Positions 7,706 to 17,071 of a stretch of 57,622 nucleotides of DNA are shown piece by piece. Both the position numbers and the translations under genes were made by a program. Origin of the DNA: a virus (Duplodnaviria > Caudoviricetes); the IMG/VR virus record IMGVR_UViG_3300015360_000048, positions 1-57,622 of that record. One strand, 5' to 3'. The number at the start of each line of letters is the position of its first letter. Position 1 is the stretch's first letter. The notes beneath the pieces are model-generated. The model was not told the origin of the DNA. It worked only from the letters and a program-made list of their open reading frames with translations, and ran no database searches.

Positions 7706-10700
7706 AATTTTCCACTATCGCATTCCAGTAGGTATAGAGGCCGTCTGGATCGTCTCTCATGAGCTCTTCTGTGTCTGGAATGTGAGCTGTGATTGCAATT
7801 GGTTCAATATCTGTCTTGACCCATATTTCAGGTCCAAGTTGACCGAAACCAACACCGATTCTATCATCCCCGGCGAATCTTTGAATGAATTCATCGAATG
7901 GAACCATCTCTCCTCTGAACGGTACTAGACCATCGAAGAAGATATAATTTGCTGTGAATTTGTCATTTCTTGATTCTTTGAAGAAGCTCTTGAAGCTTTC
8001 TGTCTTTGGCTTTGGTGTAGTGACGTATTGAGCCATGAGAGTCTTGACTTTTTCAGTTTCTACCAGCATCGTTCTATAAGCTCTCTTTAAGTGTAGTTGC
8101 TTACGTGGATTCTTGATGCAGTATTCTTCTGATCTGATAGAATCAGTTCCTGTGCCAGCAGCTGAATAATCTACTCCCTCTGTCCCGACATACGCATCCA
8201 TTTCTAGAATATAACCAATCAGATTGTGCCTTCTGCTGAATCCAGAATCTCCTATGTATTGAAGAGCCTTGTCGATGACCGGGGAAGTATAGACGCCTTT
8301 TCCTAGCATCTTTCCTGTAACTGCCACGCCGCCGACTGAGCTCTGCATGATTTTGAAACCAAATCGTAGAATCATATTAGCTGCGATCGAACCAGTTCCA
8401 TGATAGAGTGGTGCCATCTTTGTGGCCGCTTTTTCTGCCATCCACTCCTTCAATTCTTCGTTCATTAGATCGATTTCGAATATGTCGAGAACCCAAGGAG
8501 CAGAGTTGCCATGGCGGCCATTGCATTTCGAAAAAAGGTCAAGAGTTGCCTGGTCAAGCATTTCTTGATTCGTCGCTACCTTTGTGATCTTAGGTGGTGG
8601 AATTGCTACGCGTGTGTTTTCATATTTCTTGATGTTTAGATAGTAATCATCCTTCTCATCTCGGTAAGGCTTAATCCCGGCATCTTTGAAGTTGATTTCA
8701 AAGCTATTAAATTTCAAGATTTCAGTCATCGACTGGGGCGTAACCTTAGTTTCAAACGGGATAGGGGTATTTTCTTGCAGGCCCGAAATGTTCTGCAGAA
8801 GCAATGAGCTCTGGAGGATGTGATCGATAACCTTACCAAGACGGCTCGTGCCTTTGTTATTCGTCTTCAAAGAATCGATTACTCTAGAGAAGTATTTCTG
8901 TCTTTCAGGCTCCGTAAGATTTGGATTATTCTTCAAAGACATGTAATATTCGTCGACACCTGTTTGTTCAATCAGCTTGTTGAATCTTGTAATTTGAGAC
9001 CATTGATGTTCTCTTGAGGCTATACATTCAGCATATATAGAAGGATCGGGGATAACAGCAAGTTTCTTATTAAAATCTTCTAAATAATAGACGTCGTGAG
9101 TTCTTTTCTTCCATTCCTCTATAATTCGTGCTTTCAAAAATGCCTTATCAATGGAAAGGGATTCTGGATCGTTAGAATAAAGATGAAGTGTTTCATGAAA
9201 ATCTAAACTTTTAACATAATATATACCAGCATCTGAATTTAGCAACCTTTTGAATACTTCTTTAAGAGCTGGGTCGGTATTAATCCACATCGTGAACTTT
9301 TTAAGAAAGTTCCCGACGGTGATTCTCACGAGTGCTGGATCCACACCGAAAACATTCGTTGCTTGATTTTCTATTTCTAGAATATACTCTAACAGTAATC
9401 TTTTCTGAATGTCTTTAGGTACATTAGTTTTGTCTTGAAGAACACCAAGGAAGCTTTCAGGCCAGCCCCGTGATCGTGTGAAAATGCTAGTAATAGCCAT
9501 TGGAATGAATGTTCGGCAGATGTAGTCGTCTGCCAAAGGCGGTAATGGCTGTCCTGTGGTAACCAATCCCTTAAACATCTTATTTAGAAGATCTGATACA
9601 ATATCAAACTTCAGCCCTGGGGTATTCTTTAAATACATAATCCAAGAATTGATATAGTTCGGATTTCCCATCGCCTTTTCAGGTACGAAATTCACATAAT
9701 AACCAGATAGCGCTTTCATTTGACCTTCGATATAGAACCAAGGGCCAACCTTAGAATATATGATGTCAAGCATGACACTAATTTCCCGATTTTGTGTAAG
9801 ATAATTGATGTCTTGTTCGATGAAAGCGGTGTGATATTTTAATAGATAATCATGCTCTTTAGCAATATAGTCTTGCATGAAATCAATGGCTTTATCAAAA
9901 TCTTCTTTTACGATACCATCCAAATAAGAATAATTTATAGTGATGAATGATGTCAAATATGTGTATTTCATATTCTCGCTTTCGAAAAAGCCAGGATCTG
10001 CGAAGATACCGTTAGCAAAATCTTGGATTAGGAACGCCCAATAATGGGCGCGGATGGGGGCCCGCGGATTTAATGCCCCTCTCATCATCGTTCTGGCTTT
10101 TTCATCACCAAGTTTTTCTCTTAGAACTTTGTATGAAGGATATCCCATCTTTATTAGCATCGGAAGATCTCTTTTTATAAGTAATGCCGAGACTATTTCA
10201 GCTTCGTCTACTTCGAAACCAGCTTTCTTCTTTTGAAAAGCATCGAGATCTGGCATAAGTCCACATTCTTCAATCCAGCCATTTCTTATATATTTTGTAA
10301 CCATTTCTTTTTTGGGGCCGCTGATCTCTTCAAAAGTAAGCTTTAGTGAAGATCTAAATTTGTTAGCCCCAGCCATTTCTGCTACGGCTTTAGCTTTGAA
10401 CATAGCTCTTTTAGCAGCATCTGATTCTGGAATGAGATCAAGGAAAAGATTATAAATCGCTAACGATGAAGTATTATTATACATCTTAGTTGAAAAGATG
10501 GCTTCTAGAAACTCTGTTGAATATTTCATCTTGTTCTTTAGAAGTATCTTTCCGCAGTGCCTCGCCAACCAAGCAAGAAAGGTCTGATCGTCTTTAACGA
10601 CGGTCTTAAGAATTCTGATCATAGTCTTTTCTTCAAGAGTATGATCCCATCTGCTCGCCCCAGAAGCCATCATGAGAGAGTTTATAATCTCGACGATTTG

Positions 10701-11786
10701 AGGGAATGCTATTTGTGGGAACATATCTAGAAGATAGTTTATGATCTTCTCATCTTGATCTGATGTGCCTGCATAAGGAACATCTTTAAAAGGTTCTTCG
10801 TTAAGGCCTTGCATTTCTGAAACAACATAAGGTTGAACAGCATTCTTATAAGGCTGGGAGAAACCACCGAATGACGATTTACCAACAAGTGCTAGCATGC
10901 CTGCGACTAGATGCTGTTTGACAGCTCCTTTTTCAGAGCCAGTACGATGATGTAAGAATACCGCGTCAAAAACATCTTTATCCTTTCCTGATAGAGCAAA
11001 AGAGAACATGGCAAGAGGTCCTAATGTTTCACGGAATATTGACCCTGCCGAGAAGGATAAGGATTTTTCTGCTCTATCGGCTTGATTGTTGACAGCAGCT
11101 ACCGACAGCTCCCAGTTCGTCTTAGGTTTCTGAATGGTTGGAGTAGGTGGAGCTACGACCGCAACGTTCTTGGTTAGGACGGCTGCTTTTACTAGAACTG
11201 AACCTGTAGAAGAAGGAGACGCTGGAATATCTACCTTGGCGGCATTCTTCATGAGCATGTAGATTCTTTGAAAATCGGCGCACGTCTTCTTGATACGAGC
11301 AAGCGGGAAGATGATCGCGGCCATTTCGCTCAAACTCTTTTTCTTTTCAATGAACGGCAGAACCACTTGCTGGAATACGATCGCCGAACCACGAGCCGTT
11401 GCTATTGGAGTCTTAGCCAATAGGGCTCTGATCAGATCATCTTTGATGACAAGATCTTGCTTTGTTTTCAATAGATAGAGGAATTTCGTAAATTCATTGG
11501 TAAAGGTCATATTCAAGAAGTTTTTGTCAGCCATCGCTTTTACCGCAATAGCAAGATCGTGTGATTCGTCTGTTATTTCGGCGATTCTGGCTTTATCTAA
11601 TTGCTTGAAGTAGAGGAACAAACGATTGTCTCCTGGATGGCTTTGATAAAGGCTTAGGAAGCCTAAGAGGTTCATCCAGAACGCATCTTTAATCCCATCA
11701 TCATTTGCCAAGAACTCAGCCTTTGTGACAGATAATGTATTATTGGTATTTTTTTTGTTGAAGTAAAGAGAGTTTTCTTTAAGCAT
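7701..11786 (-). CDS. Large Alt-like protein with a C-terminal PARP-type (H-Y-E) ADP-ribosyltransferase domain
   Basis: LYHGT...GFK...GKMLGKGVYTSPVIDKALQY...ILEMDAYVG...SEEYCI; 1361 aa; late-promoter operon. Confidence 0.7.
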   Translation of the reverse strand: MLKENSLYFNKKNTNNTLSVTKAEFLANDDGIKDAFWMNLLGFLSLYQSHPGDNRLFLYFKQLDKARIAEITDESHDLAIAVKAMADKNFLNMTFTNEFTKFLYLLKTKQDLVIKDDLIRALLAKTPIATARGSAIVFQQVVLPFIEKKKSLSEMAAIIFPLARIKKTCADFQRIYMLMKNAAKVDIPASPSSTGSVLVKAAVLTKNVAVVAPPTPTIQKPKTNWELSVAAVNNQADRAEKSLSFSAGSIFRETLGPLAMFSFALSGKDKDVFDAVFLHHRTGSEKGAVKQHLVAGMLALVGKSSFGGFSQPYKNAVQPYVVSEMQGLNEEPFKDVPYAGTSDQDEKIINYLLDMFPQIAFPQIVEIINSLMMASGASRWDHTLEEKTMIRILKTVVKDDQTFLAWLARHCGKILLKNKMKYSTEFLEAIFSTKMYNNTSSLAIYNLFLDLIPESDAAKRAMFKAKAVAEMAGANKFRSSLKLTFEEISGPKKEMVTKYIRNGWIEECGLMPDLDAFQKKKAGFEVDEAEIVSALLIKRDLPMLIKMGYPSYKVLREKLGDEKARTMMRGALNPRAPIRAHYWAFLIQDFANGIFADPGFFESENMKYTYLTSFITINYSYLDGIVKEDFDKAIDFMQDYIAKEHDYLLKYHTAFIEQDINYLTQNREISVMLDIIYSKVGPWFYIEGQMKALSGYYVNFVPEKAMGNPNYINSWIMYLKNTPGLKFDIVSDLLNKMFKGLVTTGQPLPPLADDYICRTFIPMAITSIFTRSRGWPESFLGVLQDKTNVPKDIQKRLLLEYILEIENQATNVFGVDPALVRITVGNFLKKFTMWINTDPALKEVFKRLLNSDAGIYYVKSLDFHETLHLYSNDPESLSIDKAFLKARIIEEWKKRTHDVYYLEDFNKKLAVIPDPSIYAECIASREHQWSQITRFNKLIEQTGVDEYYMSLKNNPNLTEPERQKYFSRVIDSLKTNNKGTSRLGKVIDHILQSSLLLQNISGLQENTPIPFETKVTPQSMTEILKFNSFEINFKDAGIKPYRDEKDDYYLNIKKYENTRVAIPPPKITKVATNQEMLDQATLDLFSKCNGRHGNSAPWVLDIFEIDLMNEELKEWMAEKAATKMAPLYHGTGSIAANMILRFGFKIMQSSVGGVAVTGKMLGKGVYTSPVIDKALQYIGDSGFSRRHNLIGYILEMDAYVGTEGVDYSAAGTGTDSIRSEEYCIKNPRKQLHLKRAYRTMLVETEKVKTLMAQYVTTPKPKTESFKSFFKESRNDKFTANYIFFDGLVPFRGEMVPFDEFIQRFAGDDRIGVGFGQLGPEIWVKTDIEPIAITAHIPDTEELMRDDPDGLYTYWNAIVENL

Positions 11787-12367
11787 TAGTCTATATCTTT
11801 CTCATCAGGGTTTATGATAATTTCTGTCTTATTTGGAAGTTCATCTTCAGGCTCTGGAACCTTCTTTGCCTTGCCTTCTGGTTTCTTTTCTTTATCTTTT
11901 TCAGTGGCGGCGGGAGTCGATGCTGCGTCTTTGGCAAAAGGATTGGCTTGATTTGGATGTGGTGCTGATCTATCAGTAATGGCAACATCTTCTGTCAGAG
12001 GAGTTTTGAGAAGACTTGCAACGAAATCTTTGACATATGAGAGCTTATCTTTGTAGGAAATTACCACAAAGCCATTCACCTTCATAGGAACGCCATCATA
12101 AGTGAAGAAATAGTTTTGTTGATTGGGTTTGCCGAAGAACTTCGCTAGCATACCGCCGGTCACGTCCTTTGGGAGTTCCATGCGTGTTAGCGGATCGGGT
12201 TTGGAGAATAGCTTGTCTCCGTCATTGAATACTTTTACATCTGGACCAACGGCCTCAGATTTGAAGGCTTTCACTACCTTGCTGACTAATTTGATTGCAT
12301 CTTTTTCTTTATCAAAGATATCGTTCTTTTCATCAATTTTTCTTTGTTTATCGCGGAAGTCAGACAA
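11786..12367 (-). CDS. Hypothetical late protein
   Basis: First gene after late promoter 12399; LTE/D site then a P/K/E-rich tail; TTG start. Confidence 0.6.
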   Translation of the reverse strand: MSDFRDKQRKIDEKNDIFDKEKDAIKLVSKVVKAFKSEAVGPDVKVFNDGDKLFSKPDPLTRMELPKDVTGGMLAKFFGKPNQQNYFFTYDGVPMKVNGFVVISYKDKLSYVKDFVASLLKTPLTEDVAITDRSAPHPNQANPFAKDAASTPAATEKDKEKKPEGKAKKVPEPEDELPNKTEIIINPDEKDID

Positions 12368-12398
12368 GTAGAATCCCCTTTTCGTATTGGTTTCTACT

Positions 12399-12406
12399 TA
12401 TTTATA
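12399..12406 (-). promoter_or_regulatory. T4-type late promoter
   Basis: Exact TATAAATA in the intergenic gap. Confidence 0.8.
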
Positions 12407-12412
12407 AAACGA

Positions 12413-13129
12413 TTAGACGAGTTTTAGGATGTCTTCGGGTGTATCGACGCTGCCAGGAGCAGGGCCGTCTACGCTGACTAGATTGACCTTCATGCCATTA
12501 TCTAAAGCTCTTAGCTGCTCCAAGCCTTCGTCAATCTCTCTGATGGTCTGAGGGAACATGACAAACTTCTCCAAGGCATCTCGAGTATAAGCATAGACAC
12601 CGATATGATGCCAGAACGGCTCGTTATGGTCTTTCATAACCATTCGACGGAAATCTGTAGCTTTAGAATATCTTCTCATATCTAATTCTTCTGAGAATGC
12701 CTTGACAACGTTTCTGTTGTCGATCTCATCGTTGTTTAAGATAAGAGTTACAGGAGTAGCAATCTCTACATCATCATGAAGACCAGACAAAGTCCAATCG
12801 ATAATTTCAGGATCTATGAATGGAATATCGCCCTGTACGTTCACAACTTCAGTGAAGAGTTTTGTTGGATCATAAAGAGTGATGGCAGCATGAACTCGTT
12901 CAGTTCCTGAGTTGAGAGAAGAATCTGTCATAACAACTTCTCCGCCCAATATCTCTATTGCCTCTTTGATTTCGTCTGAATCAGTTGCTACAATGACTTT
13001 GCCTATTTTTGTCTGTTTGCATCGCTTCCAAACGTGGGCAATCATAGGAATTCCTTCGATCTGTGTCATTGGTTTATTTGGAAATCTTACCGAAGCCTTT
13101 CTTGCGGGGATTACGATTATTGAATTCAT
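12413..13129 (-). CDS. kdsB: 3-deoxy-manno-octulosonate cytidylyltransferase (CMP-Kdo synthetase)
   Basis: IPARKASVRFPNKP, VATD, SGTER, VNVQGD.P, HIGVYAY, LEQLRAL, VDTPED. Confidence 0.88.
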   Translation of the reverse strand: MNSIIVIPARKASVRFPNKPMTQIEGIPMIAHVWKRCKQTKIGKVIVATDSDEIKEAIEILGGEVVMTDSSLNSGTERVHAAITLYDPTKLFTEVVNVQGDIPFIDPEIIDWTLSGLHDDVEIATPVTLILNNDEIDNRNVVKAFSEELDMRRYSKATDFRRMVMKDHNEPFWHHIGVYAYTRDALEKFVMFPQTIREIDEGLEQLRALDNGMKVNLVSVDGPAPGSVDTPEDILKLV

Positions 13130-13568
13130 TCTTGATTATTTCCTCATATGTGTTTTCGGTATCCGTTGTATAGATTACCTTCTTAATACCAAAAGCGACA
13201 ATGGCTCTCATACATCCAGCACAAGGCTTTGCCTCGCCACAAACATCTTTTCTTTTTCCTTTTACCGTCGTGAAGATGGTAGGGTCTTTTCTTGCTCTAG
13301 CAATATAGAGTGTGCAATCATTGAGTTGTTCAACGTTCAATGTATAGAGAGCATTCTTGATGGCATCCACTTCAGCATGCAAGGACACCGCATGGTGATT
13401 TTTAGAATAGTATGCCATCAAGGGATGCGTCTTGGTTTGGTTATAGCCGATAGTCAGCATATTGTTTTGATAAACGATAGCAGCAGCCATTCTGCTTCCC
13501 GAGACGGGCTTGACAGTAATAGCTTTATCCATGACGATTTTAAGATTTCTCAAATGCCGCTTGTTCAT
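13074..13568 (-). CDS. Zn-dependent cytidine/dCMP deaminase-family protein
   Basis: HAE and KPCAGC Zn-binding motifs, GIKKVIYT. Confidence 0.8.
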   Translation of the reverse strand: MNKRHLRNLKIVMDKAITVKPVSGSRMAAAIVYQNNMLTIGYNQTKTHPLMAYYSKNHHAVSLHAEVDAIKNALYTLNVEQLNDCTLYIARARKDPTIFTTVKGKRKDVCGEAKPCAGCMRAIVAFGIKKVIYTTDTENTYEEIIKNEFNNRNPRKKGFGKISK

Positions 13569-13569
13569 T

Positions 13570-14088
13570 TCAACTCAATGCTATTTTGACGATCCGCTTT
13601 AGTTTTGTTGTAACAGATTCCGTTACGTCTTCAACAAAGTCTTCGATCTGGATGCGATCAAATTCAATATCAAAGTTTGGAAGGGGAATAGCTTTAAGGT
13701 CTTTTGTCGTATCCCATTTATAAGAAAGGGTCACGTGCGGTACGAAGTCTGGGAAGTTAGGAACGAGTTTATTCCCTCTCTCAAACGTGTATCTAATTCC
13801 TTCAAGTCTCATCCCCTGATCTTTTACGATAATGACTGGTATGTCTGCATTTGCTCCAAGCAAAGCCAATGCTCTTGGCTTGCATGAAATAATGGTAGAT
13901 AGATATGCGCTCCCTCTTCCAATCCCGGACTTGTTAGTCGAAACCATGATCGTTAGATGAAAGGAAAATGGATTTCCACCATATCCTTTGGAAATGTCAA
14001 AGCCATTTTCCGTGGCATATTTGTTTAGTCGTAGTTGGCAATCGTCTGTTGGGATAAGACCCACATAGACTCTTTCTTGTTCTGCCAT
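13570..14088 (-). CDS. 2H phosphoesterase, Acb1/T4 gp57B-like anti-CBASS nuclease
   Basis: Two HxT motifs: FHLTIMVS and FPDFVPHVTLSY; size fits Acb1. Confidence 0.72.
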   Translation of the reverse strand: MAEQERVYVGLIPTDDCQLRLNKYATENGFDISKGYGGNPFSFHLTIMVSTNKSGIGRGSAYLSTIISCKPRALALLGANADIPVIIVKDQGMRLEGIRYTFERGNKLVPNFPDFVPHVTLSYKWDTTKDLKAIPLPNFDIEFDRIQIEDFVEDVTESVTTKLKRIVKIALS

Positions 14089-14093
14089 ATCGG

Positions 14094-14285
14094 TTAAGTA
14101 TTATTCCTTCCTATTCTCGAATAGCCAAGAAGGAACGCAGGTGTGTCCCCTCTAAAGCCTATGCCTTTATTGAAATCATTCAAACGAACTTGCACCTTGT
14201 TTTTATCAGCATCAGAGTATATGACATAACCAGTCTTATCCTCTACCACTTCCCAATCGGCGCCATTCTTCTTACATCTATACAT
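14094..14285 (-). CDS. Small hypothetical protein
   Basis: 63 aa, coupled to helicase stop; GIGFRGDTPAF motif. Confidence 0.55.
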   Translation of the reverse strand: MYRCKKNGADWEVVEDKTGYVIYSDADKNKVQVRLNDFNKGIGFRGDTPAFLLGYSRIGRNNT

Positions 14286-15679
14286 TAACTGAAACCTTCA
14301 AAATTGTTGCCTTGCTGTTTGATAGCCGCGAGCAAACCATTCGACACAGGAGCTCCCTGTGGTAGAGCGGAAGGATCGTAACTAATTCCTTTGAGGGGAT
14401 CGTTGACATTTGAGAATTGCATCTTCAATCTGTCGAACCCAACTAAGAATTTCGGTATTCTGTTTTTATCATCATATCTTGATTTCAATTGCTTTATCAG
14501 CATTTGATTTTGTGAGATCAATTCGTCTGACGAAATTAGTGCTGCAATCCAATCCGCTGTAAAGTTTACACCAAACGATTCAGATATGTCTTCCATATTT
14601 GGATCTCCGTTTGTTGCCCCCATTCTATTGAACTGACTTGCCGATACAATTGGAACTGCTTCTTCTACTGCCAGCCCTCTCAACTCTTCTGAGATTGATT
14701 TGTTGTAAAGATAAGTATTCGAAAGCGTTCCTGGTTTTATTCTAAACGATGTCATAATATTCAAGTAATCGATATATATGATCTTTGGTGTGAAGTTCTT
14801 CTTCAACCTTAGTTCATTCAAAAGATTCTTGACGTGTCCCACATGAGCTGCCCCTGTAGGGTACTCCTTAGTAATTAGTTTACCGAGCGTTCTCTTTTTG
14901 ATAGAAGACATCTTATCGAAGAACATTTTTTCAGATAACAACATCAAATCATCAAACGTGACGTTCATCAAGTTGGCGTCGATACGTTTTGCGATTTCTT
15001 CTTCGGCCATTTCCAAAGAGATATACAATACGTCATCACCTTCCATAAGATTCTGTGCTGCCAAGAAACACATCAAAGCGGATTTACCACCATGCGTTGC
15101 CGAGAGAAACAGATTCAACGTCTTCTTTGAGAAGCCGCCTTTGGTCACTTTGTTTAGAAACTCTAGACCTAGTTTGACCTTCTCTTCTTTTCTGTGATAG
15201 TATTCAAACCTTTTTTCAGCGTCTTCGATATAATCGTGGCCTACTGATTTATTGAATGAAACTGCCAATGCTTTTTGTACGATGTCCGGGATTGCTCCAG
15301 ACGTGAGTTTTGATTCCCCCTCAATGATTGAGATGCTCTCATGAATTGCGTTCTCGATCGCTCGCTGTTTACAGAAATCTTCTGTAGTCGTTATCAGCCA
15401 GTCAATCTGCGGCAGTTCATAGTCTTCTTTGAACTCACCAAGTGTCTTATCAATATCCCCGATTACATTCTCTTTGATAGTCTTGTCGTTTGACAGTTCT
15501 ATAAAGAGTGCTTCAATTGTTGGGCAGACATTATATTTGCCCACGAATGCCCTGACGTGCTTAAACAGATCTTTCTCAGATTGCTTTGAGAAATATTCTT
15601 CTTCAATAAACGGTAGGACTCTTTTGGTGTATTCTTCGTTCTTTATTAAATTCCTTAGAATTATATCGGACGTGTGCAA
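14285..15679 (-). CDS. gp41: Replicative DnaB-like helicase (T4 gp41)
   Basis: Walker A variant SATHGGKS, ISLEMAEE, IDYLNI, SEELRGLA, SASQFNR, ISESFG; TTG start. Confidence 0.93.
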   Translation of the reverse strand: MHTSDIILRNLIKNEEYTKRVLPFIEEEYFSKQSEKDLFKHVRAFVGKYNVCPTIEALFIELSNDKTIKENVIGDIDKTLGEFKEDYELPQIDWLITTTEDFCKQRAIENAIHESISIIEGESKLTSGAIPDIVQKALAVSFNKSVGHDYIEDAEKRFEYYHRKEEKVKLGLEFLNKVTKGGFSKKTLNLFLSATHGGKSALMCFLAAQNLMEGDDVLYISLEMAEEEIAKRIDANLMNVTFDDLMLLSEKMFFDKMSSIKKRTLGKLITKEYPTGAAHVGHVKNLLNELRLKKNFTPKIIYIDYLNIMTSFRIKPGTLSNTYLYNKSISEELRGLAVEEAVPIVSASQFNRMGATNGDPNMEDISESFGVNFTADWIAALISSDELISQNQMLIKQLKSRYDDKNRIPKFLVGFDRLKMQFSNVNDPLKGISYDPSALPQGAPVSNGLLAAIKQQGNNFEGFS

Positions 15680-15688
15680 TTAGTAACC

Positions 15689-16783
15689 TTATTCTTCTGA
15701 TTGTTCTTCTACTTCTTCTGTTTCCGCTTCAATCGGTTCTCCGCCTAAAGGAACCACATTTTCAACTGCAACTACATCCTCTAATCCTTCACTAGAACCC
15801 AACGAGAATTCCTTCTTCGCCGCGGCATCCAACTTGTCTAGGATGTCCTTAGTATAATACTTTTCAGGTTCTTGTGCTAGTTCTTTTTCCCATCTTTTCG
15901 AACCATCGGGCATCACATAGCGATTACCGACACGCACGAAAATACCATACTTCAAAGCCAATGGGAGTAAGCCAAAATAACGTTCAAGTCCGTGTTCGAA
16001 GTTTGCACGGAGTTCAACAACTTTCTGTTCTTTGGAGAAACGAGACTTCTCCATCTTTGCACGAACGATATTACCGATAACGTCTGTGCCTTCTCTATCT
16101 TTCTTTTTTGTAAGAGAGACGATATTGGAAGCGGCATAAGCGATACCACCACCACCCGACATTGCTCTAGTTGGAACGTATGCACCGATCATCTGATATG
16201 TGTGATTCGTACAAACCAAGGGAATGCCCAACATGCCGAGTTTCAAAGTAATTGTTCTGAAGATAGAACGAATAATTTGTTGCTTCGTCATATCTCTAAC
16301 GTCTTTGCCCTCTCGAGCGTCGTTAAGTTCCTTTGTTGTCGGCATGTTTCCTAAAGAGTCAAGAACAACCATCACTGGAGGCCTGACCTTTAGTTTTTCA
16401 TACCCATCGATGAAGCCTAGAATCTTTGTTCTAAAATCCTGCAATGTTTCGGGAAACTGTATTTGAATTCGGGAGATGTCAATCCCACGACCTGCTAGTT
16501 GTTCCTCATCAAGGGCATATTCGGTATCAAAATAAATGACACCACCGGTTGGAAAATCCATCTGGAATTGTTTCACTGCAGACATAGCAAAGAAGCTCTT
16601 ATAAGTTCCTTGTTCACCTGCTAGTGCCGTCACTCTATTTCCAGCAAACCCACCGTAGATGGAGGCTGAAAGTAGAGCGTTTAAAATATATGAGCCAGTG
16701 TCAATGAAACTGGTCGTCGCTGGAATGGTCTCGCCCTTTTGGCCAAGGGAGTTCATCATTTCCAAAAAATTATTATCTTCCAT
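15689..16783 (-). CDS. uvsX: RecA-like recombinase
   Basis: DTGSYILNALLS, GEQGTYKS, YFDTE, LDSLG, NHTY, SGGGG, KSRF. Confidence 0.92.
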   Translation of the reverse strand: MEDNNFLEMMNSLGQKGETIPATTSFIDTGSYILNALLSASIYGGFAGNRVTALAGEQGTYKSFFAMSAVKQFQMDFPTGGVIYFDTEYALDEEQLAGRGIDISRIQIQFPETLQDFRTKILGFIDGYEKLKVRPPVMVVLDSLGNMPTTKELNDAREGKDVRDMTKQQIIRSIFRTITLKLGMLGIPLVCTNHTYQMIGAYVPTRAMSGGGGIAYAASNIVSLTKKKDREGTDVIGNIVRAKMEKSRFSKEQKVVELRANFEHGLERYFGLLPLALKYGIFVRVGNRYVMPDGSKRWEKELAQEPEKYYTKDILDKLDAAAKKEFSLGSSEGLEDVVAVENVVPLGGEPIEAETEEVEEQSEE

Positions 16784-16792
16784 TTATATCCT

Positions 16793-17071
16793 TTATGATC
16801 TTGTTAGTTTCAACAAGTCTTTAATCTTTTCTTCTAGAACAGGCTTGCGGTTGGGCCAATTTATTCTTGGCTTATCTGCTGTCTCGAGAAGGTTCACTAA
16901 CAAGGGCATAATCAATTCTTCAACTTGCTTTAGTTTTTCTTTGTGCGACAATTCTGTATCAGCCTTCACTGTCGTAATTGTCTTCTGGAAATCTTCGTCG
17001 CTTTCGCTAGTAAATCCAAAATCTTTCTTGTTATTGTATTGCGCGATGACGTCTTTTATATCTACGGCCAT
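16793..17071 (-). CDS. Hypothetical protein (probable start MAVDIK at 17071)
   Basis: ATG overlaps the gp43 stop; DFGF and INWPNR motifs. Confidence 0.55.
   Translation of the reverse strand: MAVDIKDVIAQYNNKKDFGFTSESDEDFQKTITTVKADTELSHKEKLKQVEELIMPLLVNLLETADKPRINWPNRKPVLEEKIKDLLKLTRS

Noticed and set aside
12912-13589. Long antisense ORFs (e.g. 12912..13589 +, 16659..17225 +, 41472..42071 -, 53695..54168 +)
   Set aside because: They lie opposite well-supported genes and have no motifs; treated as shadow ORFs.
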